Shown here one piece after another: positions 43,891-54,158 of a stretch of 64,000 nucleotides of DNA (position 1 is its first letter; each line of letters starts with the position of its first letter). The DNA is taken from NCBI RefSeq assembly GCF_001677475.2, contig NZ_CP015229.1; one strand, written 5' to 3'. The position numbers and the translations under genes are program-made. A model generated the notes under the pieces. It was not told where the DNA came from and made no database searches. It saw nothing but the letters and a program-made list of their open reading frames with translations. The DNA is from Escherichia coli (GTDB lineage: Bacteria > Pseudomonadota > Gammaproteobacteria > Enterobacterales > Enterobacteriaceae).

Positions 43891-44853
43891 ATGCGTCAGA
43901 CTAAAACCGGTATCCTGCTAGCAAACCTGGGTACGCCCGATGCCCCCACACCTGAAGCGGTAAAACGCTATCTGAAACAATTTTTAAGCGACAGACGTGT
44001 GGTTGGTACCTCACGGTTGTTATGGTGGCCGTTGCTGCGCGGCGTGATTTTGCCGCTGCGCTCGCCGCGTGTGGCGAAGCTGTATGCCTCTGTCTGGATG
44101 GAAGGTGGCTCGCCGCTGATGGTTTACAGCCGCCAGCAACAGCAGGCGCTGGCACAACGTTTACCGGAGACGCCCGTAGCGCTGGGAATGAGCTACGGCT
44201 CGCCATCACTGGAAAGCGCCGTAGATGAACTCCTGGCAGAGCATGTAGATCATATTGTGGTGCTGCCGCTTTATCCGCAATACTCCTGTTCAACGGTCGG
44301 TGCGGTATGGGATGAACTGGCACGCATTCTGGCGCGCAAACGTAGCATTCCGGGGATATCGTTTATTCGTGATTACGCCGATAACCACGATTACATTAAT
44401 GCACTGGCGAACAGCGTACGCGCTTCTTTCGCTAAACATGGCGAACCGGATCTGCTGCTGCTCTCTTATCATGGCATTCCCCAGCGTTATGCAGATGAAG
44501 GCGATGATTATCCGCAACGTTGCCGCACAACGACTCGCGAACTGGCTTCCGCACTGGGGATGGCACCGGAAAAAGTGATGATGACCTTTCAGTCGCGCTT
44601 TGGGCGGGAACCCTGGCTGATGCCTTATACCGACGAAACGCTGAAAATGCTCGGAGAAAAAGGCGTAGGTCATATTCAGGTGATGTGCCCGGGCTTTGCT
44701 GCGGATTGTCTGGAGACGCTGGAAGAGATTGCCGAGCAAAACCGTGAGGTCTTCCTCGGTGCGGGCGGGAAAAAATACGAATATATTCCGGCGCTTAATG
44801 CCACGCCGGAACATATTGAAATGATGGCTAATCTTGTTGCCGCGTATCGCTAA
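43891..44853 (+). CDS. hemH: ferrochelatase (320 aa)
   Basis: [38 protein letters not shown]... matches E. coli HemH. Confidence 0.97.
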
Positions 44854-45809
44854 AGCTGAGCGGTAAAGAATTGAGCGCCGTCGCGAAGAGCCTCGTCGGC
44901 GGTTTTCATCATCCGTGAATAATGCAAAAAGGCGTGCAGCGTGCCTGGGTAGAGTTTGAACTCACAGGGCTGCTGATGCGCCGCTAACGTCTGGTAAAGC
45001 AGACGGCTGTCATCCAGCAGCGGATCGAACTCCGCCCCGGCAATAAAACAGGGCGGAACTTCGCGAGTGAGATCATTATTAAACAGGCAGTAATACGGCG
45101 ACTCGCGGTCCGCGTCGTTGCTTAAATACGCCTCTTCATACATCTGTAAATCCTGTTGCGTTAAGCCATCCCAGACACCGCCCAACAGACGACGAGTCAC
45201 GGAATCCCGTAATCCGTAAAGCCCATACCACAGCAAAACGCCCGCAACTTTACCGCAATCGATCTGTTTATCACGCAACCACAACGCACTGGCGAGCGCC
45301 AGCATGGCACCTGCGGAATCACCGGCAAAGCCAATGCGGGACATATTGATTTGATAATCCTCCGCCTGCTGGTGGAAATAACAACAAGCAGCCACAATTT
45401 CCTCTATCGCTTGCGGAAAACGCGCTTCAGGTGAAAGGGTGTAATCAATACCAATCACCGTACATTGGCTGTAGCTTGCCAGCAGGCGCATGATGCGATC
45501 GTGGGTATCGAGATTGCCGAGAATAAAACCGCCTCCATGCAAATAAAATAGCGTCGCTGGGCTATCTGGCTGCGGACAAAAGAGACGTGTTTCCACCTGC
45601 CCATATTTTGTTGGAACCATGTAAGCTCTGGTTGCCATTTCTGGAGCGCCCGCATTCCAGAATCGGCGCTCAAGCGTGTAATACTGTCGTTGCTCAGCAA
45701 TCGTTCCCGTTGCGGGCCAGGGCGGTAAATCCGGCTGAAGAGTATTCACAACGGTCTTCATTTCAGCAGAAATAAGGTCCAGAACGGGTAATTTGTTTTC
45801 CGGCTTCAT
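44850..45809 (-). CDS. aes: acetyl esterase (319 aa)
   Basis: alpha/beta hydrolase motifs HGGGF and GDSAG; matches E. coli Aes; convergent 4-nt overlap with hemH stop. Confidence 0.97.
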
Positions 45810-45960
45810 ACAAAAACTCCTTTCAAATTACGTCATTGTAAGGAACCACTGCCATGAAAATGCGATCCCGCCTGCTGATATTGAAACTGGCTGCGTCTCG
45901 CGCGCTCCCGTCAGATTGTGTTAACATTCGCCGCTCAGTTAACCACCCGTAAAAACAACC

Positions 45961-47265
45961 ATGAAATTTCCCGGTAAACGTAAATCCAAACATTACTTCC
46001 CTGTAAATGCACGCGATCCGCTGCTTCAGCAATTCCAGCCAGAAAACGAAACCAGCGCCGCCTGGGTCGTAGGTATTGACCAGACGCTGGTCGATATTGA
46101 AGCGAAAGTGGATGATGAATTCATTGAGCGTTATGGATTAAGCGCCGGGCATTCACTGGTGATTGAGGATGACGTAGCCGAAGCGCTTTATCAGGAACTA
46201 AAACAGAAAAACCTGATTACCCATCAGTTTGCGGGTGGCACCATTGGTAACACCATGCACAACTACTCGGTGCTCGCGGACGACCGTTCGGTGCTGCTGG
46301 GCGTCATGTGCAGCAATATTGAAATTGGCAGCTATGCCTATCGTTACCTGTGTAACACCTCCAGCCGTACCGATCTTAACTATCTACAAGGCGTGGATGG
46401 CCCGATTGGTCGTTGCTTTACACTGATTGGCGAGTCCGGGGAACGTACCTTTGCTATCAGCCCTGGCCACATGAACCAGCTGCGGGCTGAAAGCATTCCG
46501 GAAGATGTGATTGCCGGAGCCTCGGCTCTGGTTCTCACCTCTTATCTGGTGCGTTGCAAGCCGGGTGAACCCATGCCGGAAGCAACCATGAAAGCCATTG
46601 AGTACGCGAAGAAATATAACGTACCGGTGGTGCTGACGCTGGGCACCAAGTTTGTTATTGCCGAGAATCCGCAGTGGTGGCAGCAATTCCTCAAAGATCA
46701 CGTCTCTATCCTTGCGATGAACGAAGATGAAGCCGAAGCGTTGACCGGAGAAAGCGATCCGTTGTTGGCATCTGACAAGGCGCTGGACTGGGTAGATCTG
46801 GTGCTGTGCACCGCCGGGCCAATCGGCTTGTATATGGCGGGCTTTACTGAAGACGAAGCGAAACGTAAAACCCAGCATCCGCTGCTGCCGGGCGCTATAG
46901 CGGAATTTAACCAGTATGAGTTTAGCCGCGCCATGCGCCACAAGGATTGCCAGAATCCGCTGCGTGTCTATTCGCACATTGCGCCGTATATGGGCGGGCC
47001 GGAAAAAATCATGAACACTAATGGAGCGGGGGATGGCGCACTGGCAGCGTTGCTGCATGACATTACCGCCAACAGCTACCACCGTAGCAACGTACCAAAC
47101 TCCAGCAAACATAAATTCACCTGGTTGACGTATTCGTCATTAGCGCAGGTGTGTAAATATGCTAACCGTGTGAGCTATCAGGTACTGAACCAGCATTCAC
47201 CTCGTTTAACGCGCGGCTTGCCGGAGCGTGAAGACAGCCTGGAAGAGTCTTACTGGGATCGTTAA
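45961..47265 (+). CDS. gsk: inosine-guanosine kinase (434 aa)
   Basis: MKFPGKRKSKHYFPVNARDPLLQQFQPENETSAAWVVGIDQTLVDIEA... matches E. coli Gsk. Confidence 0.97.
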   Translation: MKFPGKRKSKHYFPVNARDPLLQQFQPENETSAAWVVGIDQTLVDIEAKVDDEFIERYGLSAGHSLVIEDDVAEALYQELKQKNLITHQFAGGTIGNTMHNYSVLADDRSVLLGVMCSNIEIGSYAYRYLCNTSSRTDLNYLQGVDGPIGRCFTLIGESGERTFAISPGHMNQLRAESIPEDVIAGASALVLTSYLVRCKPGEPMPEATMKAIEYAKKYNVPVVLTLGTKFVIAENPQWWQQFLKDHVSILAMNEDEAEALTGESDPLLASDKALDWVDLVLCTAGPIGLYMAGFTEDEAKRKTQHPLLPGAIAEFNQYEFSRAMRHKDCQNPLRVYSHIAPYMGGPEKIMNTNGAGDGALAALLHDITANSYHRSNVPNSSKHKFTWLTYSSLAQVCKYANRVSYQVLNQHSPRLTRGLPEREDSLEESYWDR

Positions 47266-47279
47266 GTTATCGTCGGTTC

Positions 47280-47363
47280 GTAGGCCAGATAAGGCGTTCA
47301 CGCCGCATCTGGCATTTGGCTCTCGATGCCTGATGCGACGCTGGCGCGTCTTATCAGGCCTAC
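47280..47363. repeat. REP/BIME cluster (two inverted REP units) between gsk and ybaL
   Basis: GTAGGCCAGATAAGGCGTTCACGCCGCATCTGGCA and GCCTGATGCGACGCTGGCGCGTCTTATCAGGCCTAC. Confidence 0.85.
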
Positions 47364-47394
47364 ATATCCGCGCCTATTATCCGGCAACCACCGT

Positions 47395-49071
47395 TTACCC
47401 CGTCACCACCTCACCCGCCGGTGGCGTTTCCAGCAGTTCCAGCATAGTACGGGCAATTTCACGCTCACCCATCACTACCTGATTTGCACCACGTTCGGTG
47501 ATATACGCCACTTCATCGTCATAATGGGCGCGGGCAATAATCTCAATATCCGGATTTTTCGCGCGGGCAGATGCCACAATCTCACCCGCTTCATAACCGT
47601 TGGGAATCGTCAGGATCAGCCATTTTGCACATTCCAGATGCGCCAGTTGCATAATTTCTTCGTTCGCCGCATTGCCCAATACTGCGCGGACCCCGCGCTC
47701 TCGCAGTTCATCAACACGGGTTCGTGACGTCTCAATCACCACTAAAGGAATATCAGAGGCGAGCAATTTCTCCCCCAGCAGGCTGCCTACACGACCGTAA
47801 CCCACCAGTAGCGCATGGTTGCAAATATCCACTGGGATCTGCTTCTCTTCTTCGATAGCCTCTTCCAGCGTCTGCTCTTCCAGCGTTTCGGTCTTCGCCA
47901 GATATTTCTCCAGCAGCGCAAACAGGACCGGGTTGAGCATAATCGACAAAATCGCCCCTGCCAGTACCAGGTTCTGCCCGGCTTGCGGCAACAGATCCAG
48001 CGCCATGCCTAGTCCCGCCAGGATAAACGCGAACTCACCAATTTGCGCCAGGCTGGCGGCGATAGTTAATGCCGTACGTTGGGAGTGACCAAACAGTCGC
48101 ACCAGGAAAAACGCGGCTAACGACTTACCAAACAGAATAATCGCCAGCGTCGCCAGCACTGCCAGCGGTTGCTGAATCAGAATTAACGGATCAAACAACA
48201 TCCCGACGGAGACAAAAAACAGCACCGCAAACGCGTCGCGCAATGGCAGCGTATCGTGGGCGGCACGGTGACTCAGTTCAGACTCGTTCAGTACCATCCC
48301 GGCAAAGAACGCACCGAGTGCAAAGGAGACATCAAACAGCTCCACCGCACCAAAGGCAATCCCTAACGCCAGCGCCAGCACCGACAGGGTAAACAGCTCA
48401 CGGGAACCGGTTGCTGCGCTACGTGCCATAATCCACGGCACCAGACGGCGACCTACCAGCATCATAATGGCGATAAATGCGATCACCTTGCCGATGGTGA
48501 TCCCCATATCGACAGCAAGAGTGGCAAAGCCCACATCGCCTTGTTCCATCATTCCTGCCACTGCGGGCAGCAACACCAGCGTCAGAACCATTACCAGGTC
48601 TTCCACAATCAACCAACCGATGGCGATTTGCCCACGCTGACTGTCAATTAATTGCCGTTCTTCAAGTGCGCGCAGTAACACCACGGTACTGGCAGTGGAA
48701 AGGCATAAGCCGAACACGATACCGGTCATTAACGACCAGCCCAGCACGGCGGAGAGCGCCATACCCAGCAGCGTCGCCACGGCTATCTGGGCGATCGCAC
48801 CGGGAATGGCGATGGCCTTTACCGCCATCAAATCCTTCAGCGAAAAGTGCAGACCCACGCCAAACATCAACAGAATGACGCCCAGTTCAGCCAGTTCCGG
48901 CGCAAGCTTGGTATCGGCAACAAAGCCCGGAGTGAATGGTCCTGCCAGCACACCCGCTAACAGATATCCCACCAGAGGAGAAATACGTAGTTTATTGGCC
49001 AGCATGCCGAGGATAAAGGCGAGCACAAGGCCGCCAACAATGGTGGTGATAAGCGGGGTGGCGTGATGCAT
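47395..49071 (-). CDS. ybaL: CPA2-family monovalent cation:proton antiporter with C-terminal TrkA-N/RCK domain (558 aa)
   Basis: MHHATPLITTIVGGLVLAFILGMLANKLRISPLVGYLLAGVLAGPF... matches E. coli YbaL. Confidence 0.96.
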   Translation of the reverse strand: MHHATPLITTIVGGLVLAFILGMLANKLRISPLVGYLLAGVLAGPFTPGFVADTKLAPELAELGVILLMFGVGLHFSLKDLMAVKAIAIPGAIAQIAVATLLGMALSAVLGWSLMTGIVFGLCLSTASTVVLLRALEERQLIDSQRGQIAIGWLIVEDLVMVLTLVLLPAVAGMMEQGDVGFATLAVDMGITIGKVIAFIAIMMLVGRRLVPWIMARSAATGSRELFTLSVLALALGIAFGAVELFDVSFALGAFFAGMVLNESELSHRAAHDTLPLRDAFAVLFFVSVGMLFDPLILIQQPLAVLATLAIILFGKSLAAFFLVRLFGHSQRTALTIAASLAQIGEFAFILAGLGMALDLLPQAGQNLVLAGAILSIMLNPVLFALLEKYLAKTETLEEQTLEEAIEEEKQIPVDICNHALLVGYGRVGSLLGEKLLASDIPLVVIETSRTRVDELRERGVRAVLGNAANEEIMQLAHLECAKWLILTIPNGYEAGEIVASARAKNPDIEIIARAHYDDEVAYITERGANQVVMGEREIARTMLELLETPPAGEVVTG

Positions 49072-49308
49072 TCCGTCTCCTTTTCCTGGTGGTTATTGTC
49101 CATTTTTGGCCGGGAAAACCAAAATTACAGGTAATAGTTTATGACAATTTCATTGATGATGTTTATGAATAATTGTTGAATTTTGCAGAAAAATGGAATT
49201 AGCTGCAAAAAAAGCACGGATCGGAAAACTGAAGGCGGTTTAACAGAGGAAAGGCTTATGGCGACTGTAAAACGATGCAGCCAAAGTTTGCCTTTGGCTG
49301 CAATGAAA

Positions 49309-50529
49309 TCAGTCTTTATGCCGGTTATCAGGCAGGAATATGGTCAACATCCCCAATAGTGGCAGGAAAGCACAGATTTTATAGACTAACTCGATGCTGG
49401 TGTGATCGGCGATAAGCCCCAGAACTGCCGCTCCCAGACCTCCCATGCCAAAAGCAAAACCGAAAAAGAGTCCAGAAACCATACCGATACGTCCCGGAAG
49501 CAGCTCCTGAGCGTAGACCAGAATGGCAGAGAATGCCGAAGCGAGGATAAATCCAATTATCACTGTTAAAACCCCCGTCCAGTGCAGACTGGCGTAGGGT
49601 AAAATCAGCGTAAACGGCGCAACGCCGAGGATAGAGCCCCAAATCACATATTTCCGTCCAATTTTATCCCCTACAGGCCCGCCGATCACCGTACCTGCCG
49701 CAACGGCAAACAGGAAGGCAAACAGATGAAGCTGGGCATTCTGGATAGATAATCCGAATTTTTGCATCAGATAAAAGGTGTAATAGCTGCTGATGCTCGC
49801 CATATAGAAATATTTCGAGAAAATGAGGATTAACAGAATGCTGACCGCCAGTACCACTTTGTTGCGCGGCAGCGGATTGATAATCGTCGCTTTGGGTTTT
49901 CCTTTATTCATTCGGTGCTGTGCCGAGTACCAACGGCTGATTTGCGCCAACACCACGATCGCCAGCAGTGCCGCAAGCACAAACCAGGCAACGTTGCCTT
50001 TGCCATAAGGCGCGATAATCACCGCCGCCAGCAAGGGTCCCAGGGAACTGCCAAAGTTGCCGCCGACCTGAAAGATAGATTGTGCCAGGCCATGCCGCCC
50101 GCCGGACGCCATACGGGCCACGCGAGAAGATTCCGGATGAAAGACCGATGAACCGGTACCGACCAGCGCCGCCGCCAGCAGAACTGCGCCAAAACTGCCC
50201 GCCAGCGCCAGCAGCACCAGACCACTTAAGGTAAAGCACATGCCAATTGGCAACGACCACGGCATCGGATATTTATCGGTCCAGTAGCCGACCACTGGTT
50301 GCAGTAGCGAAGAGGCGAGCTGGAAGGTGAGGGTTATCATGCCAATCTGCATAAATGTCAGAGAAAATTCTGACTGAAGCAGAGGATAAATCGCCAGAAT
50401 CAGCGATTGGATCATGTCGTTCAGCAGATGTGAGAGGCTGATAGCACCTAAAATACCAAACGATGTTCGGGCCTTGGTCGTTGACGCAGCCGCGCCCGCC
50501 ACAGGCTGGGTTTGTTCACTTATTGCCAT
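49309..50529 (-). CDS. fsr: fosmidomycin resistance MFS efflux protein (406 aa)
   Basis: 12-TM MFS protein; matches E. coli Fsr. Confidence 0.95.
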   Translation of the reverse strand: MAISEQTQPVAGAAASTTKARTSFGILGAISLSHLLNDMIQSLILAIYPLLQSEFSLTFMQIGMITLTFQLASSLLQPVVGYWTDKYPMPWSLPIGMCFTLSGLVLLALAGSFGAVLLAAALVGTGSSVFHPESSRVARMASGGRHGLAQSIFQVGGNFGSSLGPLLAAVIIAPYGKGNVAWFVLAALLAIVVLAQISRWYSAQHRMNKGKPKATIINPLPRNKVVLAVSILLILIFSKYFYMASISSYYTFYLMQKFGLSIQNAQLHLFAFLFAVAAGTVIGGPVGDKIGRKYVIWGSILGVAPFTLILPYASLHWTGVLTVIIGFILASAFSAILVYAQELLPGRIGMVSGLFFGFAFGMGGLGAAVLGLIADHTSIELVYKICAFLPLLGMLTIFLPDNRHKD

Positions 50530-50746
50530 AGGAAAGTCACTTTTTCAGGGTTGCGATGTAAAGAATGATCTTATTTGTGATTATTACCCGACTAACATAC
50601 CTGTATGCGCCCCCTGAAGGAAGTCTCAACGCTGAATACAGAATTTCTAATCTGGATACAGATTTATCTTCACCGGACGCAGACTTGTCTATGATGTCGC
50701 GTCATACTATTTTTCAACACGTTGAAATCAGGTCAGGGAGAGAAGT

Positions 50747-52399
50747 ATGAAATTATTGCAGCGGGGCGTGGCGTTAGCACTGTTAACCACATTTACACTG
50801 GCGAGTGAAACTGCTCTGGCGTATGAGCAGGATAAAACCTACAAAATTACAGTTCTGCACACCAATGATCATCATGGGCATTTTTGGCGCAATGAATATG
50901 GCGAATATGGTCTGGCGGCGCAAAAAACGCTGGTGGATGGTATCCGCAAAGAGGTTGTGGCTGAAGGCGGTAGCGTGCTGCTACTTTCCGGTGGCGACAT
51001 TAATACTGGCGTGCCCGAGTCCGACTTACAGGATGCCGAACCTGATTTTCGCGGCATGAATCTGGTGGGCTATGACGCGATGGCAATCGGTAATCATGAA
51101 TTTGATAACCCGCTCACCGTATTACGCCAGCAGGAAAAGTGGGCAAAGTTCCCGTTGCTTTCTGCCAATATCTACCAGAAAAGTACCGGCGAGCGCCTGT
51201 TTAAACCGTGGGCGCTGTTTAAGCGTCAGGATCTGAAAATTGCCGTTATTGGCCTGACGACGGATGACACAGCGAAGTTAGGCAACCCAGAAAACTTTAC
51301 CGATATTGAGTTCCGTAAGCCCGCCGATGAAGCGAAGCTGGTGATTCAGGAGCTGCAACAGACAGAAAAGCCAGACATTATTATCGCGGCGACCCATATG
51401 GGGCATTACGACAACGGTGAGCACGGCTCTAACGCAGCGGGCGATGTAGAGATGGCGCGCAGCCTGCCTGCCGGATCGTTGGCGATGATTGTCGGCGGTC
51501 ACTCGCAAGATCCGGTCTGCATGGCGGCAGAAAACAAAAAACAGGTCGATTACGTGCCGGGTACGCCATGCAAACCAGATCAACAAAACGGCATCTGGAT
51601 TGTGCAGGCGCATGAGTGGGGCAAATACGTGGGACGGGCTGATTTTGAGTTTCGTAATGGCGAAATGAAAATGGTTAACTACCAGCTGATTCCGGTGAAC
51701 CTGAAGAAGAAAGTGACCTGGGAAGACGGGAAAAGCGAGCGTGTGCTTTACACCCCTGAAATCGCTGAAAACCAGCAAATGATCTCGCTGTTATCGCCGT
51801 TCCAGAACAAAGGCAAAGCGCAGCTGGAAGTGAAAATAGGCGAAACCAATGGTCGTCTGGAAGGCGATCGTGACAAAGTGCGTTTTGTACAGACCAATAT
51901 GGGGCGATTAATTCTGGCAGCCCAAATGGATCGTACTGGTGCTGACTTTGCGGTGATGAGTGGAGGCGGAATTCGTGATTCTATCGAAGCAGGCGATATC
52001 AGCTATAAAAACGTGCTGAAAGTGCAGCCATTCGGCAATGTGGTGGTGTATGCCGACATGACCGGTAAAGAGGTGATTGATTACCTGACCGCCGTCGCAC
52101 AAATGAAGCCAGATTCAGGTGCCTACCCGCAATTTGCCAACGTTAGCTTTGTGGCGAAAGACGGCAAACTGAACGACCTGAAAATCAACGGCGAACCGGT
52201 CGATCCGGCGAAAACTTACCGCATGGCGACATTAAACTTCAATGCCACCGGCGGTGATGGCTATCCGCGCCTTGATAACAAACCGGGCTATGTGAATACC
52301 GGCTTTATTGATGCCGAAGTGCTGAAAGCGTATATCCAGAAGAGCTCGCCGCTGGATGTGAGTGTCTATGAACCGAAAGGTGAGGTGAGCTGGCAGTAA
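50747..52399 (+). CDS. ushA: periplasmic UDP-sugar hydrolase / 5'-nucleotidase (550 aa)
   Basis: signal peptide, metallophosphatase motifs (VLHTNDHHG, GNHEFD); matches E. coli UshA. Confidence 0.97.
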   Translation: MKLLQRGVALALLTTFTLASETALAYEQDKTYKITVLHTNDHHGHFWRNEYGEYGLAAQKTLVDGIRKEVVAEGGSVLLLSGGDINTGVPESDLQDAEPDFRGMNLVGYDAMAIGNHEFDNPLTVLRQQEKWAKFPLLSANIYQKSTGERLFKPWALFKRQDLKIAVIGLTTDDTAKLGNPENFTDIEFRKPADEAKLVIQELQQTEKPDIIIAATHMGHYDNGEHGSNAAGDVEMARSLPAGSLAMIVGGHSQDPVCMAAENKKQVDYVPGTPCKPDQQNGIWIVQAHEWGKYVGRADFEFRNGEMKMVNYQLIPVNLKKKVTWEDGKSERVLYTPEIAENQQMISLLSPFQNKGKAQLEVKIGETNGRLEGDRDKVRFVQTNMGRLILAAQMDRTGADFAVMSGGGIRDSIEAGDISYKNVLKVQPFGNVVVYADMTGKEVIDYLTAVAQMKPDSGAYPQFANVSFVAKDGKLNDLKINGEPVDPAKTYRMATLNFNATGGDGYPRLDNKPGYVNTGFIDAEVLKAYIQKSSPLDVSVYEPKGEVSWQ

Positions 52400-52407
52400 T
52401 CCGAAAG

Positions 52408-52430
52408 TGCCGGATATTTGCATCCGGCAC
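52408..52430. terminator. bidirectional hairpin between convergent ushA and ybaK
   Basis: inverted repeat gtgccggat-atttgc-atccggcac. Confidence 0.6.
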
Positions 52431-52435
52431 AATGC

Positions 52436-52915
52436 TTAATCGCGGCGGGCGATATCAACAAATTTGGCATCGAGGATCTTTGCCAGATCGCCTGCCGCCA
52501 GTTCGATATCCAGCCCGCGCTTGCCGCCGGAAACATAAATAGTGGCAAATTCTTGTGCGGGGGCGTCGATAATCGTTGGCAGACGTTTTTTCTGCCCCAG
52601 TGGGCTAATCCCCCCTACCAGATACCCCGTCGAACGCTGCGCGACCATCGGATCGGCCATCTCAACTTTCTTGGCACCCAGCGCTTTTGCTACTTTTTTA
52701 AGATCCAGTTGACCTGCGACCGGCGTAACAGCCACGGCAAGGTGTTTCATATCACCGTTCACTGCGACCAGCAGCGTTTTGTAGACCTGATCCGGATTCA
52801 AACCTAATTTTTTGACGACTTCATCGCCAAAATTGGTTTCAGCCGGATCGTGCTCGTAGGTATGGATTTGAAACGAAATCTTGTTTTTTTCGAGTAATTT
52901 AACTGCCGGTGTCAT
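52436..52915 (-). CDS. ybaK: Cys-tRNA(Pro)/Cys-tRNA(Cys) deacylase (159 aa)
   Basis: [39 protein letters not shown]... matches E. coli YbaK. Confidence 0.96.
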   Translation of the reverse strand: MTPAVKLLEKNKISFQIHTYEHDPAETNFGDEVVKKLGLNPDQVYKTLLVAVNGDMKHLAVAVTPVAGQLDLKKVAKALGAKKVEMADPMVAQRSTGYLVGGISPLGQKKRLPTIIDAPAQEFATIYVSGGKRGLDIELAAGDLAKILDAKFVDIARRD

Positions 52916-53036
52916 GGTAATTTTCCTGCCTTAAACAAAAAAACGAAGCAAGCATACGCCTGATGGCGGTCCAAAAAAAAGAGTCATCTTGCCTAAGAGT
53001 ATTGGCAGGATGGTGAGATTGAGCGACAATCGAGTT

Positions 53037-53120
53037 ACACCGTCGCTTAAAGTGACGGCATAATAATAAAAAAATGAAATTCCTCTTTGACGGGCCAATA
53101 GCGATATTGGCCATTTTTTT
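53037..53120 (+). ncRNA. chiX: ChiX (MicM/SroB) Hfq-dependent small RNA, about 84 nt
   Basis: ACACCGTCGCTTAAAGTGACGGCATAATAATAAAAAAATGAAATTCCTCTTTGACGGGCCAATAGCGATATTGGCCATTTTTTT matches recalled ChiX sequence including intrinsic terminator; ybaK-ybaP intergenic as in K-12. Confidence 0.88.
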
Positions 53121-53913
53121 AGCGCAACATCTGCGGCAAATTCCCTTCTCCATACAGATGTAGTGCACCGACCGCGACCACATAGCGCCCCGGCGGCATG
53201 TTGCGTAATTTGTCCCGCCAGGCGAGATTTCGCTGGTGCATCAGTACATCGTACAGCGACTGGCTGAACGTATTCGGCAGCGTTATTTCATTATTTTGCG
53301 GCGGTGTATTCAGCCACCAGCTCATCATTTGTTGCAGCAACCGTGCGTTGGTATGCCAGTGGGTCAGCGTATCGTCCAGCAGCGTCAGTCCTTTGTCAGG
53401 GAGCTGGAGCAACATGGCAATCTGGTTTTCAGCCCCTTCCAGTTCAATCACGGGTTTATGTTGTTGCTTCGCCGCCTGCAATAGCTGGTAATCGATACCG
53501 TATTCTGCCCGCAGCCCCAGTTTTTGTGCCTGCGTTGCCTGAAGAACCATCGCGATTTGCCACAGCGGTTGGGTAGAAAAGAGTGACGGAGAAATGCCCA
53601 TCTCCTGGCTAATGTGCTGCAGATTTTGTAATTGCTCCTCGCTAATACGCTCTTCCAGCGCCTCGCAGGCAGGCAAATTAGCAAAAGGCGTATCGCTGGT
53701 GGAAACATCAGCCTCGACGATCAGCGCATCGGCGTTTTTGAGCTTTTTGAGCAAACGGGTGGGCAGGGGAGCCATATCGTGACTCCCCATATGAATACTG
53801 CCAATCAGATGAAAATGGCGATTGCCGGGAAGAGAGATATCGATGGCAGGCCAGGTGTAATGATTACCGCGCAGCGCGGCCCAAAGCGTTTTTACCCGGT
53901 ACAACAGATCCAT
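53119..53913 (-). CDS. ybaP: TraB/GumN-family protein YbaP (264 aa)
   Basis: MDLLYRVKTLWAALRGNHYTWPAIDISLPGNRHFHLIGSIHMGSHDMAPLP... matches E. coli YbaP; stop codon overlaps ChiX terminator T-run. Confidence 0.95.
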   Translation of the reverse strand: MDLLYRVKTLWAALRGNHYTWPAIDISLPGNRHFHLIGSIHMGSHDMAPLPTRLLKKLKNADALIVEADVSTSDTPFANLPACEALEERISEEQLQNLQHISQEMGISPSLFSTQPLWQIAMVLQATQAQKLGLRAEYGIDYQLLQAAKQQHKPVIELEGAENQIAMLLQLPDKGLTLLDDTLTHWHTNARLLQQMMSWWLNTPPQNNEITLPNTFSQSLYDVLMHQRNLAWRDKLRNMPPGRYVVAVGALHLYGEGNLPQMLR

Positions 53914-54021
53914 ACGGCCTCCCTTTGTGAAATATCATGCTAGCGCGCGGGGAGGGATGGCGCAAATGGAGTTGATTGTTGCACTTGTGCACAGTGCGTC
54001 ATCCGGCAACTGAGTACCATT

Positions 54022-54103
54022 GCCTGATGCGACGCTGGCGCGTCTTATCATGCCTACAAACCTGTGCCGTAGGCTGGATAAGGCGTTCACGCCGCATCCG
54101 GCA
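54022..54103. repeat. REP/BIME cluster between ybaP and copA
   Basis: GCCTGATGCGACGCTGGCGCGTCTTATCATGCCTAC and GTAGGCTGGATAAGGCGTTCACGCCGCATCCGGCA; same two REP types as the gsk-ybaL cluster in swapped order. Confidence 0.85.
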
Positions 54104-54158
54104 GTCTGCGTCGATGCCAAATGCGCCACCCTAAAGCAGCGCATCCGCAATGACATAC

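Noticed and set aside
53935-54156. 73-aa minus-strand ORF between ybaP and copA
   Set aside because: Runs across REP palindromes; Arg/Ala/Cys-rich translation typical of REP read-through; not ybaQ.
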